Positions 30,389 through 43,946 of a stretch of 57,481 nt of DNA are shown here, piece by piece. The notes under the pieces are model-generated. The model saw nothing but the letters and a program-made list of their open reading frames with translations. It did no database searches and was not told the DNA's origin. Every line of letters begins with the position of its first letter. Position 1 is the stretch's first letter. The stretch is taken from positions 1-57,481 of the forward strand of contig CAXHJY010000150.1 of assembly GCA_964016885.1 (NCBI GenBank). Reading direction: 5' to 3'. The position numbers were made by a program, and so were the translations under genes. This DNA is from Eledone cirrhosa (taxonomy: Eukaryota).

Positions 30389-30979
30389 CATCAAAATATG
30401 AATATATAGTATGTTTAAGTTAATGTACTGAGAGCAGAGAATCGATACAAAGAAATATATGCTACAGCTTGCAATTCTCTCCCCCAAATTACCGCCCTGT
30501 CCTAGGCATAGAGCATGCTAACCCCTCCCCTTCCCTTCTCTTTCTTCCGTGGCCTAATAGTCCTTGCTCTTTCCCTCCTATTTCTCTCATTTATAGCATT
30601 TACAGCCCTTCTATTTTCCTATACAACCAAATCTGCTCTTCTTTACTCCTTCTTCCCTTTTTTGCCATTATTTAAATCTGTTTTATCTTTATTTTTCATA
30701 CTTCCATCATTGTATAACTTCTGTTTGTAAAATATAGTTAACATAACATTAACAAACAGACATTTACGTATGAGAAATAAAAATATATTAAAATTACGAA
30801 TATATTAACAAACGTATTTACACATATATGATTGTTTACGTACTTTTGTACGTGTAGCTTTCATTGTAATATTCAAATATTTATTTGTAGCTATATTATT
30901 GCATTCCTAAATATTCAATTTCACATTTTTCCGATTACTGATGTGTAATCATAATCTTGATCTTATACTTATAAATGTT

Positions 30980-31559
<580 letters not shown>

Positions 31560-32091
31560 AAAAAAAAACATGATATCATATACAATTTCATAAAGGAGAG
31601 GATACTTATATTCACACTTTCCTATATTCATTATCTCTTTAGTATAATATACGAAATTTGTTGAAGTATTATTTTAGCGGTATGACGTGCAATAAATCCT
31701 GTAGCTAGGAAAATGTTGCCTATCCCTAACATTATGCTGGCACGTAACTTTATAAGAGGCTGTAGCTTCAAGTAATATCAATATAACAACGTAGTATCAT
31801 CAAACAGGAACCAATTTTGAAAATATGCAACTTAAAATATTTCAACACATTTCATTTATGTCTATTCACATTTTCTTTTCTGGCTAAGTATCAACTGTAA
31901 AACATTGGTCGCTAATCTGTCCCGCTATCCTCTGGGATAAAACTTTCAAAGTTTTCTTCGCTGTAACCACGAGGAAATGTCCACCTGATGTTTTGCAAAG
32001 ACGAACGTGAGATGGCTGTGTTAACAAACTTTTAAAGGGTTAAATTGACATTGAATTGCGTATAGCATTTTGTACATCTTAGCTTAAAGAT

Positions 32092-32400
32092 GTGCATAAG
32101 CCTTTGTGGTTAGCGAGTTCGACTCGCGATCATGAGTTTGATTTCCAGTGACGAGTCTTACCCTTGAGCAAGAAAAATTATTTCACATTGCTCCAGTTCA
32201 TTCAACCGACAAAAATGAATTCTACCAGTAATTCTAAGGGTCAGCTTCTTCAGGCACTGCCACACGGAATCTTCCAGGGAACTACGTTAGTAGTACATAT
32301 GTCTGTGAAATACTCAGCAGCTTGCATATTAATTTCATGAGCAGACTGTTGTAGTGTAGGAACAACTGGAACTCATCGTCATCACTGACGAAAGTCAAAC
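32092..32400 (+). mobile_element. SINE S2, near full length, followed by (CA)n
   Basis: tRNA-like head, CCTTGAGCAAG core, CAACTGGAACTCATCGTC 3' part. Confidence 0.7.
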
Positions 32401-32402
32401 AA

Positions 32403-32464
<62 letters not shown>

Positions 32465-32616
32465 GCACGCGCACACGCACGCGCACACGCACACACGCAC
32501 ACACGCACACACGCACACACACACAGACACACGGGTATATCTGCTTGTCTGTCTCTCAGTTAGACTTCGTGTCGTGAAGACGTGAGAATTAGTGTACATA
32601 ATGTATTATATTATTA

Positions 32617-32724
32617 CCACCGAGGTTAACTTTGCCTTTCATCCTTACGGGGTCGATAAAATAAAGGACCAGTGATGCACTGGATAATAGCTGGCCTTGT
32701 GCCAAAAAGTAGAAACAATTATTA
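32617..32724 (+). mobile_element. SINE S1 3' half, short form
   Basis: CCGAGGTTAACTTTGCCTTTCATCCTTACGGGGTCGATAAAATAAAG. Confidence 0.8.
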
Positions 32725-33854
32725 ATATAAAAACTTATCCAGTCGACTCCTGCACACTGTAAAAAACAAAGATCGACACCAATAAACAGATTCATATCAC
32801 TCCTATCTCACACGCTTGGAATTATTTCTTTCACTTGACTTTTAATTAACGTTTGGTGCAAAGTGTTAATGCAGCTTACTCCGTTTAATACAGTTTACAA
32901 ATGAACTATATTGACTAAATTTCAAAGCTGGTCTACTGCAGAGCAATGAATACTTCTTGATAATTATTCAAACAAGACTTGAATTTAATTGCTCGATGAC
33001 TCATTTAACGACTTGTTCACTCAATCATGACTATTTGCAAACCTAATAAACGTTTAATCTTATTCAGCTGACACGCATATCAATCCTAATTCTTTAAACT
33101 CTATCTCACCAGCCTTATCCGAGCTAATTATTAGGCTATAGAGAAATAATGTCTTCGACTTTATCATCATCATCACCTTCTTTTTCGACCTCATCCTCAT
33201 CAACACCACTGCATCTCTCGTCCCTCCTCTACCTCATCATCATACGCACCATCATCACCTCCACACCACACACACCCATTATCATTCCCATCGTTATCAA
33301 CATTATCATAGTGACAAAAAATGTCTACGACAAAAAATGTCTACGACACAGTCAATTACTATGACCTATGTACTGACATTAAGATCAGCCACAAGAACAC
33401 TAATCAATGTAAAATCTAATGACAGCAGAATTGCAGCCTTATGTGCAACGTTATAGAAAGCGCATCAACTATCGAATAACATTGCTTGAATTCATTTAAT
33501 ATGTAAATTCGAGCCAATGAAATTGTAACACTTTATATTGATAGAGTTTATCCATCAAACATTATTTTTTGCAGCTTGAGTTTCAATGCAGATCCGAGCT
33601 ATGTGATTAGTATTTTAATGTTCATGCATTATTCGTTTTAAGCAGACGTTTCTAGAATATTCTAGAAACTATTTGGAAGCCCACCGGATGGACTGTACTT
33701 GTAAATTCGAAGGCTTGCCTTGTTACATACTGTGTTACGGCAAATGTCCTAGAGAATTGCATTAAAGGTACATTTGTCTATATAATGCTCAACTACTTAC
33801 AAGTTCATATCACTCTTTGTCCATTTACACCCCCCCATATATATATATAGAGAG

Positions 33855-33917
<63 letters not shown>

Positions 33918-34226
33918 GAGAGAGAGACACACACAAATACCAACGCTAGCACATGAACAACAGCATAATACCATACACCCCAATACCCATCGTATGTCTT
34001 AAAACTAATGTTTAGAAATAGAGTTTGGCTTCTAATCAACGTATTAAATGCATTAAGTTACATGTCGGTATTTATATAGAACAGTTTTGATCGTTTTGAG
34101 GTAATGAGATAGTTATTGTACCATCTACTTTCTTCACGCCAAACAATTAAATCGACAACAAAAATAAATATTTATTGATTAACTTACAATGGGCTTTCTC
34201 AGTTATTCATATTACTATAACAAGAA

Positions 34227-34446
34227 GGGCGGTGGATTGGCAGTATCACTAGAGGGTTGGACGCCATGCGTTTGCAGCATAGAGTTACGGCCCTTTATGA
34301 TCAGAGTTCAAATCCCGCCGAGGATAACTTTGCCTTTCATCCTTACGAGGTCGATAAAATAAAGTACAGTCACACTGGAGTCGATTTAATCGACTTTCCC
34401 CTCCCCCAAAATTGCTGGCCTTGTGCCTATATAAGAAACCATATTA
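34227..34446 (+). mobile_element. SINE S1, long form
   Basis: GGGCGGTGGATTGGCAG head; GAGTTCAAATCCC B box. Confidence 0.9.
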
Positions 34447-34837
34447 CTATAACAACTAACATATACACACAAACATGATGATAGCCTTACAATTAACAAA
34501 CTTTTCCTAATCCCGAAGCTATAGAATAATAATCATTACACGAGTTGTCATCTTATCACTTTAACGACCACCAAGTGTTTTGTTTTTGCTTACAATATTT
34601 AGTGAAACTAAGCAATCGACTAAATGCGCTGGTTCTTATCTATTATATATTTAATTTTGTTTTATTCTTTGTAAATCCATATAGAGCAAGCAATAATTTC
34701 CTTATATAAAATATTAGATTAATGTTAATCAAGATCTAACTATTTCTTTCGATTGCTTTCTTTAACACATTGGTAAATTATATTAAATAAGGCGTGATAG
34801 TGGATTGCATGAACCTTGGTAACTTTCTCTTTTGAAC

Positions 34838-34908
34838 GATATCCAATGGATAAACCTGGTGTAATAAGACACGAAGTCTTATTAAACCAGGTTTATCCAT
34901 TGGATATC
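34838..34908. repeat. 71-bp hairpin (33-bp arms, one mismatch)
   Basis: GATATCCAATGGATAAACCTGGTGTAATAAGAC-acgaa-GTCTTATTAAACCAGGTTTATCCATTGGATATC. Confidence 0.9.
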
Positions 34909-35830
34909 TCTATATATAAAACTGAGGATGTCTGTCTGTGTGTGTGTGAGTTTGAATCCCTAAAACTCGAGAACCACCCAACCGACTGTTTTCAAACTTT
35001 ACACATGTAATACTTATGTTTCAGGGAGTGTTCTGAGCAAAGTAAAATTTCAAATTTTCAATGCCCTAGGGACCATATTAGGTGATTTAGCGATCTCTCT
35101 CTATAATTCTTAGTCTTTCACTTTTTAGATAGATACATACATATAACGTCGCGGCCTTATAATATCTGTCTGTATGTCTGCTGTCTGCATTACGTCACTT
35201 CCCTGAGGATGTCTGTGTGTGTGTGTCTGTGAGTTTGAATCCCTAAAACTCGAGAAGTATCCAACCGAATTTTTCAAACTTTACATGTGTATTACTTATG
35301 TTTCAGGGAGTGTTATGCACATAAAAGAATTCAACTTTTTGATCTCCTAGGGACCGCATTAGGTGAAAAACTGCATTTTAAAGCTTTTTATTGTTTTTTT
35401 GAGGCGTTACGTCACACCAATTTCCTTGAAATTGTAACCATGTATTAGTCAGTCTCTACTTCATACCGTGAGCAAAGAAAATCCAACTTTTTTATGGCCT
35501 AGGTGAAAAACTTCATTAGGTGAAAAACTTCATTTTTTCAGCTTCTTAGGGCTTTTTGGAGGCGTTACGTCTAGCCGATTTTCCCGAAATTTCAAGGCAT
35601 ATTATGCACATAAAAAATTCATTTTCTTGATCCCCTAGGGCCTGCATTAGGTGAAAACCTGCATTTTTCCTTCTTCATCGAGGAACATCTTAAAGATTAT
35701 CCAGTCATCAGAGTATTCGGTTTATTTTCTTTACATATTGTCCAGGCATGCAGTTTTTCCACGATTAGGTCTGTTGGCGGCACGCCTTCCAAAATACCTT
35801 ATCCCGTGCAACGCCGAGTACCACTGCTAG
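34907..35830 (+). mobile_element. Non-autonomous Helitron
   Basis: A|TCTCTATATATAAA 5' end; subterminal CCCGTGCAACGCCGAG hairpin-like motif; CTAG|T 3' end; internal duplications (34922 vs 35203; repeated TAGGTGAAAA blocks). Confidence 0.8.
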
Positions 35831-36121
35831 TATAATATAAAACCGAAGTATTTACACACACATATATGATACATACATGCATACACAGTGGCGGATTAGG
35901 TCTAAAAATATTGGTTGCCAGGAGATGAAGGGGGCCTACCTGCATATAGAATGGTATCATTTAATTTTTATCATGAATAAATAACATTTTCGTAAATTAC
36001 ATAAGGAGATCAAAACAGTGCAACCAAATTTTTTCTGAAAAATATCTTCGCCAATAAAAAATATCAAGTATTTTGCGAAATCCAGAGACTTTCAATAATG
36101 ACCTTTGGTCTTTCGCACTCA

Positions 36122-36193
<72 letters not shown>

Positions 36194-36664
36194 CTATCTC
36201 TCTCTATATATATACAATAAAGAAAGATATATATATATATATATATATACACCACCTTCACCACCAATTCATTTGACAGATGTCTTTAACCCATTGATAC
36301 CAAATATTATTTGGTCAATAGTTCGAGTGTAAGTATATAAATTAAAAAAAAAATATATATGCTTGTGTGACTGCGTATGTTTGCAAGCATGAATGAATAC
36401 ACGAAGCTTTAGATTTAGTAGAATGTATAACCACTGATTCCAGTAATTTGCACTATCGTATACTTTGGTTTCTAGTAATTCCCTGGGGAATTAGTTGACC
36501 AAATGCTTTGCTTAATTGTTTTATTAATTAAAAAAAATTAATTGTTTTATTAATTTAAAAAAAATATTATTCTTTCTCTTAGATTTCAGGTATCTTTAGT
36601 AAATAAAGCATTGGCCCCTAAAATACTACATTGGGCAACCTGGCAACCTGGCCAGTCCACCACT

Positions 36665-36666
<2 letters not shown>

Positions 36667-36733
<67 letters not shown>
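36667..36733. repeat. (AC)n microsatellite
   Basis: Direct reading. Confidence 0.98.
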
Positions 36734-36734
<1 letters not shown>

Positions 36735-36735
<1 letters not shown>

Positions 36736-37010
36736 GGAGGCACGTGGCCTAGTGGTAAGAGTGTTGGACTTACGATCATAATGTCGTGGGTTCGATTCCT
36801 GGGCTGCGTGTTGTTCTTGAGCAAAACACTTCATTTCACGTGGCTCCAGTATACTCAGCTGAAAATGAGTACCAGCAATAGCTGGAGGTTTAACCCTGCA
36901 ATGGACTGGCGTCCTGTCCAGGGGGGAGTCTTGTACTCTTAGTCACTTCACGCCATGAAACCGGGATAAGCACCGGCCAAATGAGCCTTCTGGCTTAAGA
37001 CAGACTTTAG
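36735..37010 (+). mobile_element. tRNA-derived SINE family S3
   Basis: A box TGGCCTAGTGG, B box GGTTCGATTCC, TTCTTGAGCAAAACACTT core, CCCTGCAATGGACTGGCGTCCTGTCCAGGG block, ACTTT tail. Confidence 0.85.
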
Positions 37011-37069
37011 ATTTTTTAGATATACATAGAGAGAGAGAAAGAGAAACAGAGAGTAAAGGGTTAACAGAA

Positions 37070-37180
37070 CATGGATGTGCTGATCATGGATGTGCTGATC
37101 ACACCATGATGTGCTGATCACATCATGGATGTGCTGATCATGGATGTGCTGAACATGGATGTGCTGATCACATCATGATA
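37070..37180 (+). repeat. Minisatellite CATGGATGTGCTGAT(CACAT), about 6 units
   Basis: Direct reading. Confidence 0.9.
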
Positions 37181-37275
37181 TGTCGGTTGTGAAGCAAATA
37201 AAAAGAAGCGCTCAGCGACCTGTATAAATTGTAAAGGACGGAGCATTATATAATAATAATAAATCAGAGGCCATA

Positions 37276-37316
<41 letters not shown>

Positions 37317-37745
37317 TAGGAGATATGGCACCTTTATGTGTTTGTTGCGCTGTAATTTGGTGAGGATAAGCCGGTTCAAGCGATCCAGGCAAAACTTCAC
37401 GTCAGTAGTTTATCCCAGTTAAAAATTGGTGATGGAATATTCATGTATCAAATTTAGACGTGGTTACTTCATCATAATTACTTTATTGCAATATACCAAT
37501 TATGGTGAAGTAACCTTAACTTAACTACTCTTAATTTAATATATAGAAATGTGATTAAGACGAAGCATTGTGAAATATGTTGTAAAAGACCGATAAACCG
37601 TTTTAAAAGGTGGTGCAATATGGTGGAAAATACGAAGGGCAAATGGTGACAAATGAAACATAACAAAACAAAGTTGTTCTGTTTTATTTCATTTGCTCAT
37701 CGTATTCTCTACCGTAGTGTACCGGCTTTTAAACATATATGGGTC

Positions 37746-37828
<83 letters not shown>

Positions 37829-37923
37829 ATCTATCTAACTATCTATCTATCTATCTATCTATCTATCTCTCTCCCTATATATATATATATATATATACAC
37901 AATAAAGAAAGATATCTATCTAC

Positions 37924-37959
<36 letters not shown>

Positions 37960-37961
<2 letters not shown>

Positions 37962-38081
37962 CGAAGGAGTTGTGGTAAGGAACCAGATGGACCATAACGC
38001 ACAAGAGTACTCAATACTTAGGGTAGTAGAGTGGGTAATAGGAACGAGTAGGACTCCGACGGCTGAGCTCAAGCCGTTTCG
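37960..38081 (-). mobile_element. Penelope pLTR-like 3' end starting at a hammerhead 3' half
   Basis: Minus strand GAAACGGCTTGAGCTCAGCCGTC-GGAGTC...TTCGTT-(TA)n; homologous to 52028-52147. Confidence 0.65.
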
Positions 38082-38688
38082 ACGGCTAATTCTGGACTAA
38101 ATGAAAATTAGGGTAGAAACAATTATTTCGTATTAGTCTCGGGACTCTGAATTATTATTTCGTGGTAGTTTCTTTAGTATTTTGGCCCCCCACTTGTTGA
38201 TCTGTCACCGTAAGATATACTCGGTTGATTACTACTAACTCTTAAAATGGTCTCATTATAATTCCGTCCCACCAAGTAAACTTTTCTATAGTTTAGCAGT
38301 ACCAGTGAGAGACTTGATGACTGTCGTTAGGGAATAGTAAGCAGAAATTGTTTTTTTTTATACCTTTAACATTCTTGGTATTCTTCTATATATTTACCCC
38401 ATATTGTTTTACTTATTGTTTCGACTTCCCCCCTCCCCCTCCCTAGTATACTTGCTTGACCTCCTGCCCTGCTGTAGTTGGCACTATCAACGCACGACTA
38501 GGTTTCCTCCACCCCCTCTCCCGCTTTCTTCTACTGGCAGGTTCAGCTACCCCTTCCTTCCACAAATTGCCATGATAGAATTATGTGTCTCAACAACAAG
38601 CTTTTGACCAATCCTTGTGACAATCACTTTTAAAATATATGGAATTACCCCCTGAGAAGCTCGGCTATTCATATACCAGGATAAAAAT

Positions 38689-38800
38689 GTTCATTTAGTC
38701 CAGAATTAGCCGTCGGGGTCCTACTCGTTCCTATATATATATATATATATATATATAGGAACGAGTAGGACCCCGACGGCTAATTCTGGACTAAATGAAC
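38689..38800. repeat. Perfect inverted repeat centred on a (TA)n tract
   Basis: GTTCATTTAGTCCAGAATTAGCCGTCGGGGTCCTACTCGTTCC-(TA)n-exact reverse complement. Confidence 0.95.
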
Positions 38801-38814
38801 AGAACTTAGAACTG

Positions 38815-39267
<453 letters not shown>

Positions 39268-39290
39268 CTATTTCTATACTAAATATATAT

Positions 39291-39351
<61 letters not shown>

Positions 39352-39355
<4 letters not shown>

Positions 39356-39514
39356 CAAGGCTCTGATACCATCAACACTATAAACACAGAGCTAGCATAT
39401 CTAAGAACTGACTAACTGCCTGATGAGCTCATAGCCATTCAATGGCTATCATCGAAATATATATAGCAGTAAATAAAGGATTATGAGTTCATGCAATTGA
39501 CTTATGTTTCGTCA
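39352..39514 (+). mobile_element. About 160-bp hammerhead-bearing island between TA tracts
   Basis: Flanked by (TA)n on both sides; contains an intact ribozyme motif. Confidence 0.65.
39415..39470 (+). ncRNA. Type-I hammerhead ribozyme
   Basis: Stem I ACTGC/GCAGT; CTGATGA 39420-39426; stem II closing G-C pair plus ATAGCCAT/ATGGCTAT; GAAA 39454-39457; stem III ATATATAT; cleavage after 39465; AATAAA follows. Confidence 0.82.
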
Positions 39515-41200
39515 CTATATATATATATATAGTCTGTGTTACTGTGTGTATCTTTCAAAATAGTAAGAAACCAGGGTTCATCATTCCTTACGTAATATAA
39601 TTTGAAGCAATATCTTCGAAAATATAGTTTAGCATAAGCTAACAGTACATATGACATTTTACTATATGAGGTTATACTTTCCTGTGTCGATTTATAAGGA
39701 TGAAATTGAGGTAGCACAAATGGGAACAGAACACAGTGTAATATATTACGATCTAATCCAATTCAAATCGACATCTATGAGTAAGCGAACTAAAGTAAAA
39801 TATCTTAATAAGATATCAAAATCCCACTTAAAGACATGAAAATAGTGATTCTAAAATATGGCAAACCAAATCTTACAGGGAATTGAATTATATTTAATTT
39901 CAGGTTTATCTTTCGAAGTAATTTATACTCCCCAGAATAAAGATAGATTTATAAATAAATCAGTGATCTGGTCTTTTTTGTATGTTAGTGTAGAATTATA
40001 GAATTAGTGTAGAATTATCACTAGATTACAAACGGGGATGGAATAAATTCAAATTGGTTTTGGACATGAAAAGATATTTTATTATCTCTTTATTTGTTAT
40101 CTCAGCTTATTATAAAAATGGAGAGATAAAACAGCTAATCATGTGCTTTCTAGTAACTGTTGCAATTAAACATGAAAGAATAGAAACATGAGTTATAAAA
40201 ATCATTTTTCTTTCTTCTGACGAGAAGTATTTACTCCCAATCTTTCTATAGCTAATATTCATTATATATACATATATGTGTACTTGGTGTGTGTGTGCGC
40301 GTGCGTGTATGTGTGTGTGTGTGTGTGCATATATGAGTTATGCAACATAAAACGTGCGAGTGAGTGTCTGTGTGTGCGTGTGAAAGAGTGAGTGAGTGTG
40401 TGTGTGTGTGTGTGTGTGTGCATATATGAGTTATATAACGCATAAAAAGTTCTTATGCCGTGAATTGAATCCGAGCAACTTGTATAAGAGCCAGGAATCC
40501 TAACAAAAAGAGTAAATTTGCAGTCCCTTGAATTGTTTCACCTGTTACAATAGAATATATATCATTCAGTTTATGTATTGAATTCTGTTTTTTCCATTTG
40601 CACAGCTATAGGATAATCATAAAACTAGATACACGTAAATAAAACATCGGATTTCATGATTTCAACTTTAAACACAGCTAACAACTTCAAAATAGCATAA
40701 ATCCAAATATGGAAATCCCTAAAGATTATGAAATTGAGTTTCAACAGTTATCGAAGGAATAAAAACAGAGTAAAGTGTGGTAATTGCCTTCATATAACGG
40801 AAAAATAATACAGGTAGTAGCTCTGTAATGTATATGTATAAACTAACGAAACCGGAGTAAAAGTAAATACCTATTTTACAAGTAGAAATTTTTTTAGAGA
40901 AACATAAATTGTAGACATGTCAAAGTAGCATCTAAATAAATTACAGCAGCAGTCATAACACTTTGCACATGGTTCTTATGAAACAAAAATGAGGTTATAA
41001 TACTATCATAGGCATGTAACAGAGTTTCAGTAGTAAAAATAGCAGATATTTCAACGAATTAAAACACTGGGCTAATATCTTTTAGCGTCTGGTAATGTTA
41101 TGTGGTATTTGTTCCGGCTGTTGCAGTATTTGTTCCAGTTCTATCCGTTCTGATTTCAAATTCTTTTGAGGTCAGATTTGTCGGTCATTCTTCAATGTAT

Positions 41201-41417
41201 TGGATTAGTAGAATTAGTGGAGAGTCAGGTAAAATGATAGTGCAGTATTTCATGGGTTCTTTACATTCTGATTTCAACCCCACTCCCGGTCAACATTTCC
41301 TTTGATCCTTTCAGGGTCAATAAAATAAAGTATCAGTCAAGTACTGGATTTGGTTTAATCAACTTTGCCTTTACTCAAAAATTGCTGGCCTTGTGCCCAA
41401 ATTAGAAACCAATAATA
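41201..41417 (+). mobile_element. SINE S1, older diverged copy
   Basis: ATAAAATAAAGTATCAG...AATTGCTGGCCTTGTGCCCAAATTAGAAACCAATAAT. Confidence 0.7.
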
Positions 41418-41554
41418 AGGGAATACATCTTTGGATGTAGGATGCGTTTTGTAAGTTCGAACGTTCAAGATTCCCACGTAATGTTTGTTTACATTCTCAA
41501 AAGCTATTTGATTTCGCTCCTTCATTTAGAATGTAAGATGTTTCCAAAGGTATA

Positions 41555-41670
41555 TTAGCTAAATGGTTACAGCACTCAGCCAGTATCTGAGAGACACGAA
41601 GTTCGATCCCTCGTAGCGGCCGCTGTAACTTCTTGTTCCGTCTCTAAAGGTGTTTTCCTGTTTTTATAAG
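41555..41670 (+). mobile_element. tRNA-like SINE head fragment
   Basis: TAGCTAAATGG A-box-like and GTTCGATCCC B-box-like; no complete cloverleaf seen. Confidence 0.45.
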
Positions 41671-41858
41671 TTATTATATAGCTCCCAACTGTACTTGCAG
41701 ATATTTTCTACACTTAAGCATCCTATATCTATAAATATATATAAGAATACACACACACACACACACACATATATATACGTATGTATGTACATATATGTAT
41801 ATGTATATATGTATAAGTATATATATATATATATTTGTATTTATTTATACATTTATAG

Positions 41859-42006
41859 TGAGTTCAAATCCTTTCGAGGTTAGCTTTGCCTCTCATCCTT
41901 ACGGGGTTGATAAATAAAGCACCAGTAATGCACTGGGGTCGATTTAATAGACTTTCTCCTCCCTCCAAAATGTCTGGCCTTGTATCTAAAATAGAAACAA
42001 TTATTA
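41859..42006 (+). mobile_element. SINE S1, 5'-truncated long form
   Basis: Homology to other S1 copies. Confidence 0.8.
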
Positions 42007-42254
42007 ATAAATTGCTATTAACTATAGTGAGTATAATGTAATTATATTTCCTGAATATAAACAGAATATATTTAATAGAACAACGTGAATTTTTGGATTA
42101 GAAAGAAAACTTTGATTATTTTTTTTTAGATTGAAACAATATCATACATATATTTATATAGTTAATTACATGAGCCCCGAATATATTGTGCGTATTTTGT
42201 TAACCTCAAAAACACAAGAGGAAAGGTCAGATGTCATTATATACTGCAAATCTA

Positions 42255-42475
42255 GGGCGGTGGATTGGCAGTATCGGTAGAACGTCAGACACCATGCTTT
42301 GCAGCATAGAGTTACGGTCCTTTACGGTCTGAATTCAAATCCAGCCGTGGTTAACTTTGCCTTTCATCCTTACGGGGTCGATAAAATAAAGCATCTTTAA
42401 CGTACTGGGGTCGATTTAATCGACTTTCCCCTCCCCCCAAATTACAGGCCTTGTGCCTATACTAGAAGTCATTAT
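42255..42475 (+). mobile_element. SINE S1, long form
   Basis: Full head to tail homology. Confidence 0.9.
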
Positions 42476-42524
42476 AAACTGCAAATTATTTAGTTTAATC
42501 TACTACCTCGTTCTGCCTCACCCA

Positions 42525-42697
42525 ATCGGTAGAGGGTCGGACGCCATACTTTCAATCATAGTTATGTCCCTTTACGGTCTGAGTTCAAATCCCGTCGAGG
42601 TTAACTTTGCCTTTCATCCTTACGGAGTCGATAAAATAAAGTAGCAGTAATGCACTGGTTAATTGCTGGCCTTGTGCCAAATGTAGAAACAATTATT
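42525..42697 (+). mobile_element. SINE S1, short form
   Basis: Lacks the GTCGATTTAATCGAC block. Confidence 0.85.
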
Positions 42698-43203
42698 TAA
42701 AAAAATACTGTTAGAATAACTATGTACTCTCTCACTGTCTGTGAAGCTATGCATACTGTTCAACCTCAGATGAATCGTGCACATTAATATGAATTTTTCA
42801 GTGTGGGCAATGAGAGAATATTCATCTTCAACATAAGCATATCTGTAAAGCGAATAAATACAGAGCCAATGATTATACAGGTAACACTCTGAAATCAATT
42901 CTTGCACCGGTATTTTTCTTAAATCAGTATAACTTCCACATATTCTTTACCTACAAAAATTTGGCTTTGTGCCTACTTGAAAGAAATCGTAATTATTTAG
43001 TTGTTTCTGTTGAAGGTGAATACCAAACACAAGGCCACGTTTACTAAACATAAGAAAATCTCAAGTATTTTTCATTATGGGCATGTGCACACAAATCTAT
43101 TTATTTACAATCTATGAGTATAAAAAGTCCATGCTTACATAAAGGTGTTGCAAACGTATACTTTATGTAAGTACATATCGCTTTATATGAATATGTGTAC
43201 TTG

Positions 43204-43590
<387 letters not shown>

Positions 43591-43630
43591 ATTTCAAATT
43601 CGCTCGCTGAATCGAAAATATTATTACCTA

Positions 43631-43901
43631 ACGGGGGTCGATAAAATAAAGTACCAGTAATACACTGGATTAATTGCTGGCATTGTGCCTATTGTAGAAA
43701 CAATTATTACAGGGCGGTGGATTGGCAGTATCAGTAGAGGGTCGGACGCCATGCTTTCCAGCATAGTTACGTCCCTTTACTATCTGAGTTCAAATCCCGC
43801 CGAGGGTGACTTTGCCTTTCATCCTTACGGGGTCAATAAAATAAAGTACCAGTAATGTACTGGATAATTGCTGGCCTTGTGCCTAAAGTAGAAACAATTA
43901 T

Positions 43902-43903
<2 letters not shown>
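43631..43903 (+). mobile_element. SINE S1 short form: 3' fragment (43631-43709) plus full copy (43712-43903) in tandem
   Basis: Homology to other S1 copies. Confidence 0.88.

Positions 43904-43946
<43 letters not shown>

Noticed and set aside
33149-33364. Ser/His/Ile-rich ORF
   Set aside because: Degenerate (CAT/CAC)n low-complexity tract.
35886-35940. CAGTGGCGGATT hAT-like terminus
   Set aside because: No matching opposite TIR or target duplication found.
36735-36810. tRNA gene
   Set aside because: A and B boxes are present but continue into a SINE body; no acceptor stem or terminator.
37070-37180. Short repeats with variable gaps resembling a CRISPR array
   Set aside because: No unique spacers and no cas genes; a simple minisatellite in eukaryotic DNA.
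39359-39371. GGCTCTGATACCA, the reverse complement of a plant tRNA-Met primer-binding site
   Set aside because: No LTR or internal domain nearby and an animal-type context; probably chance.
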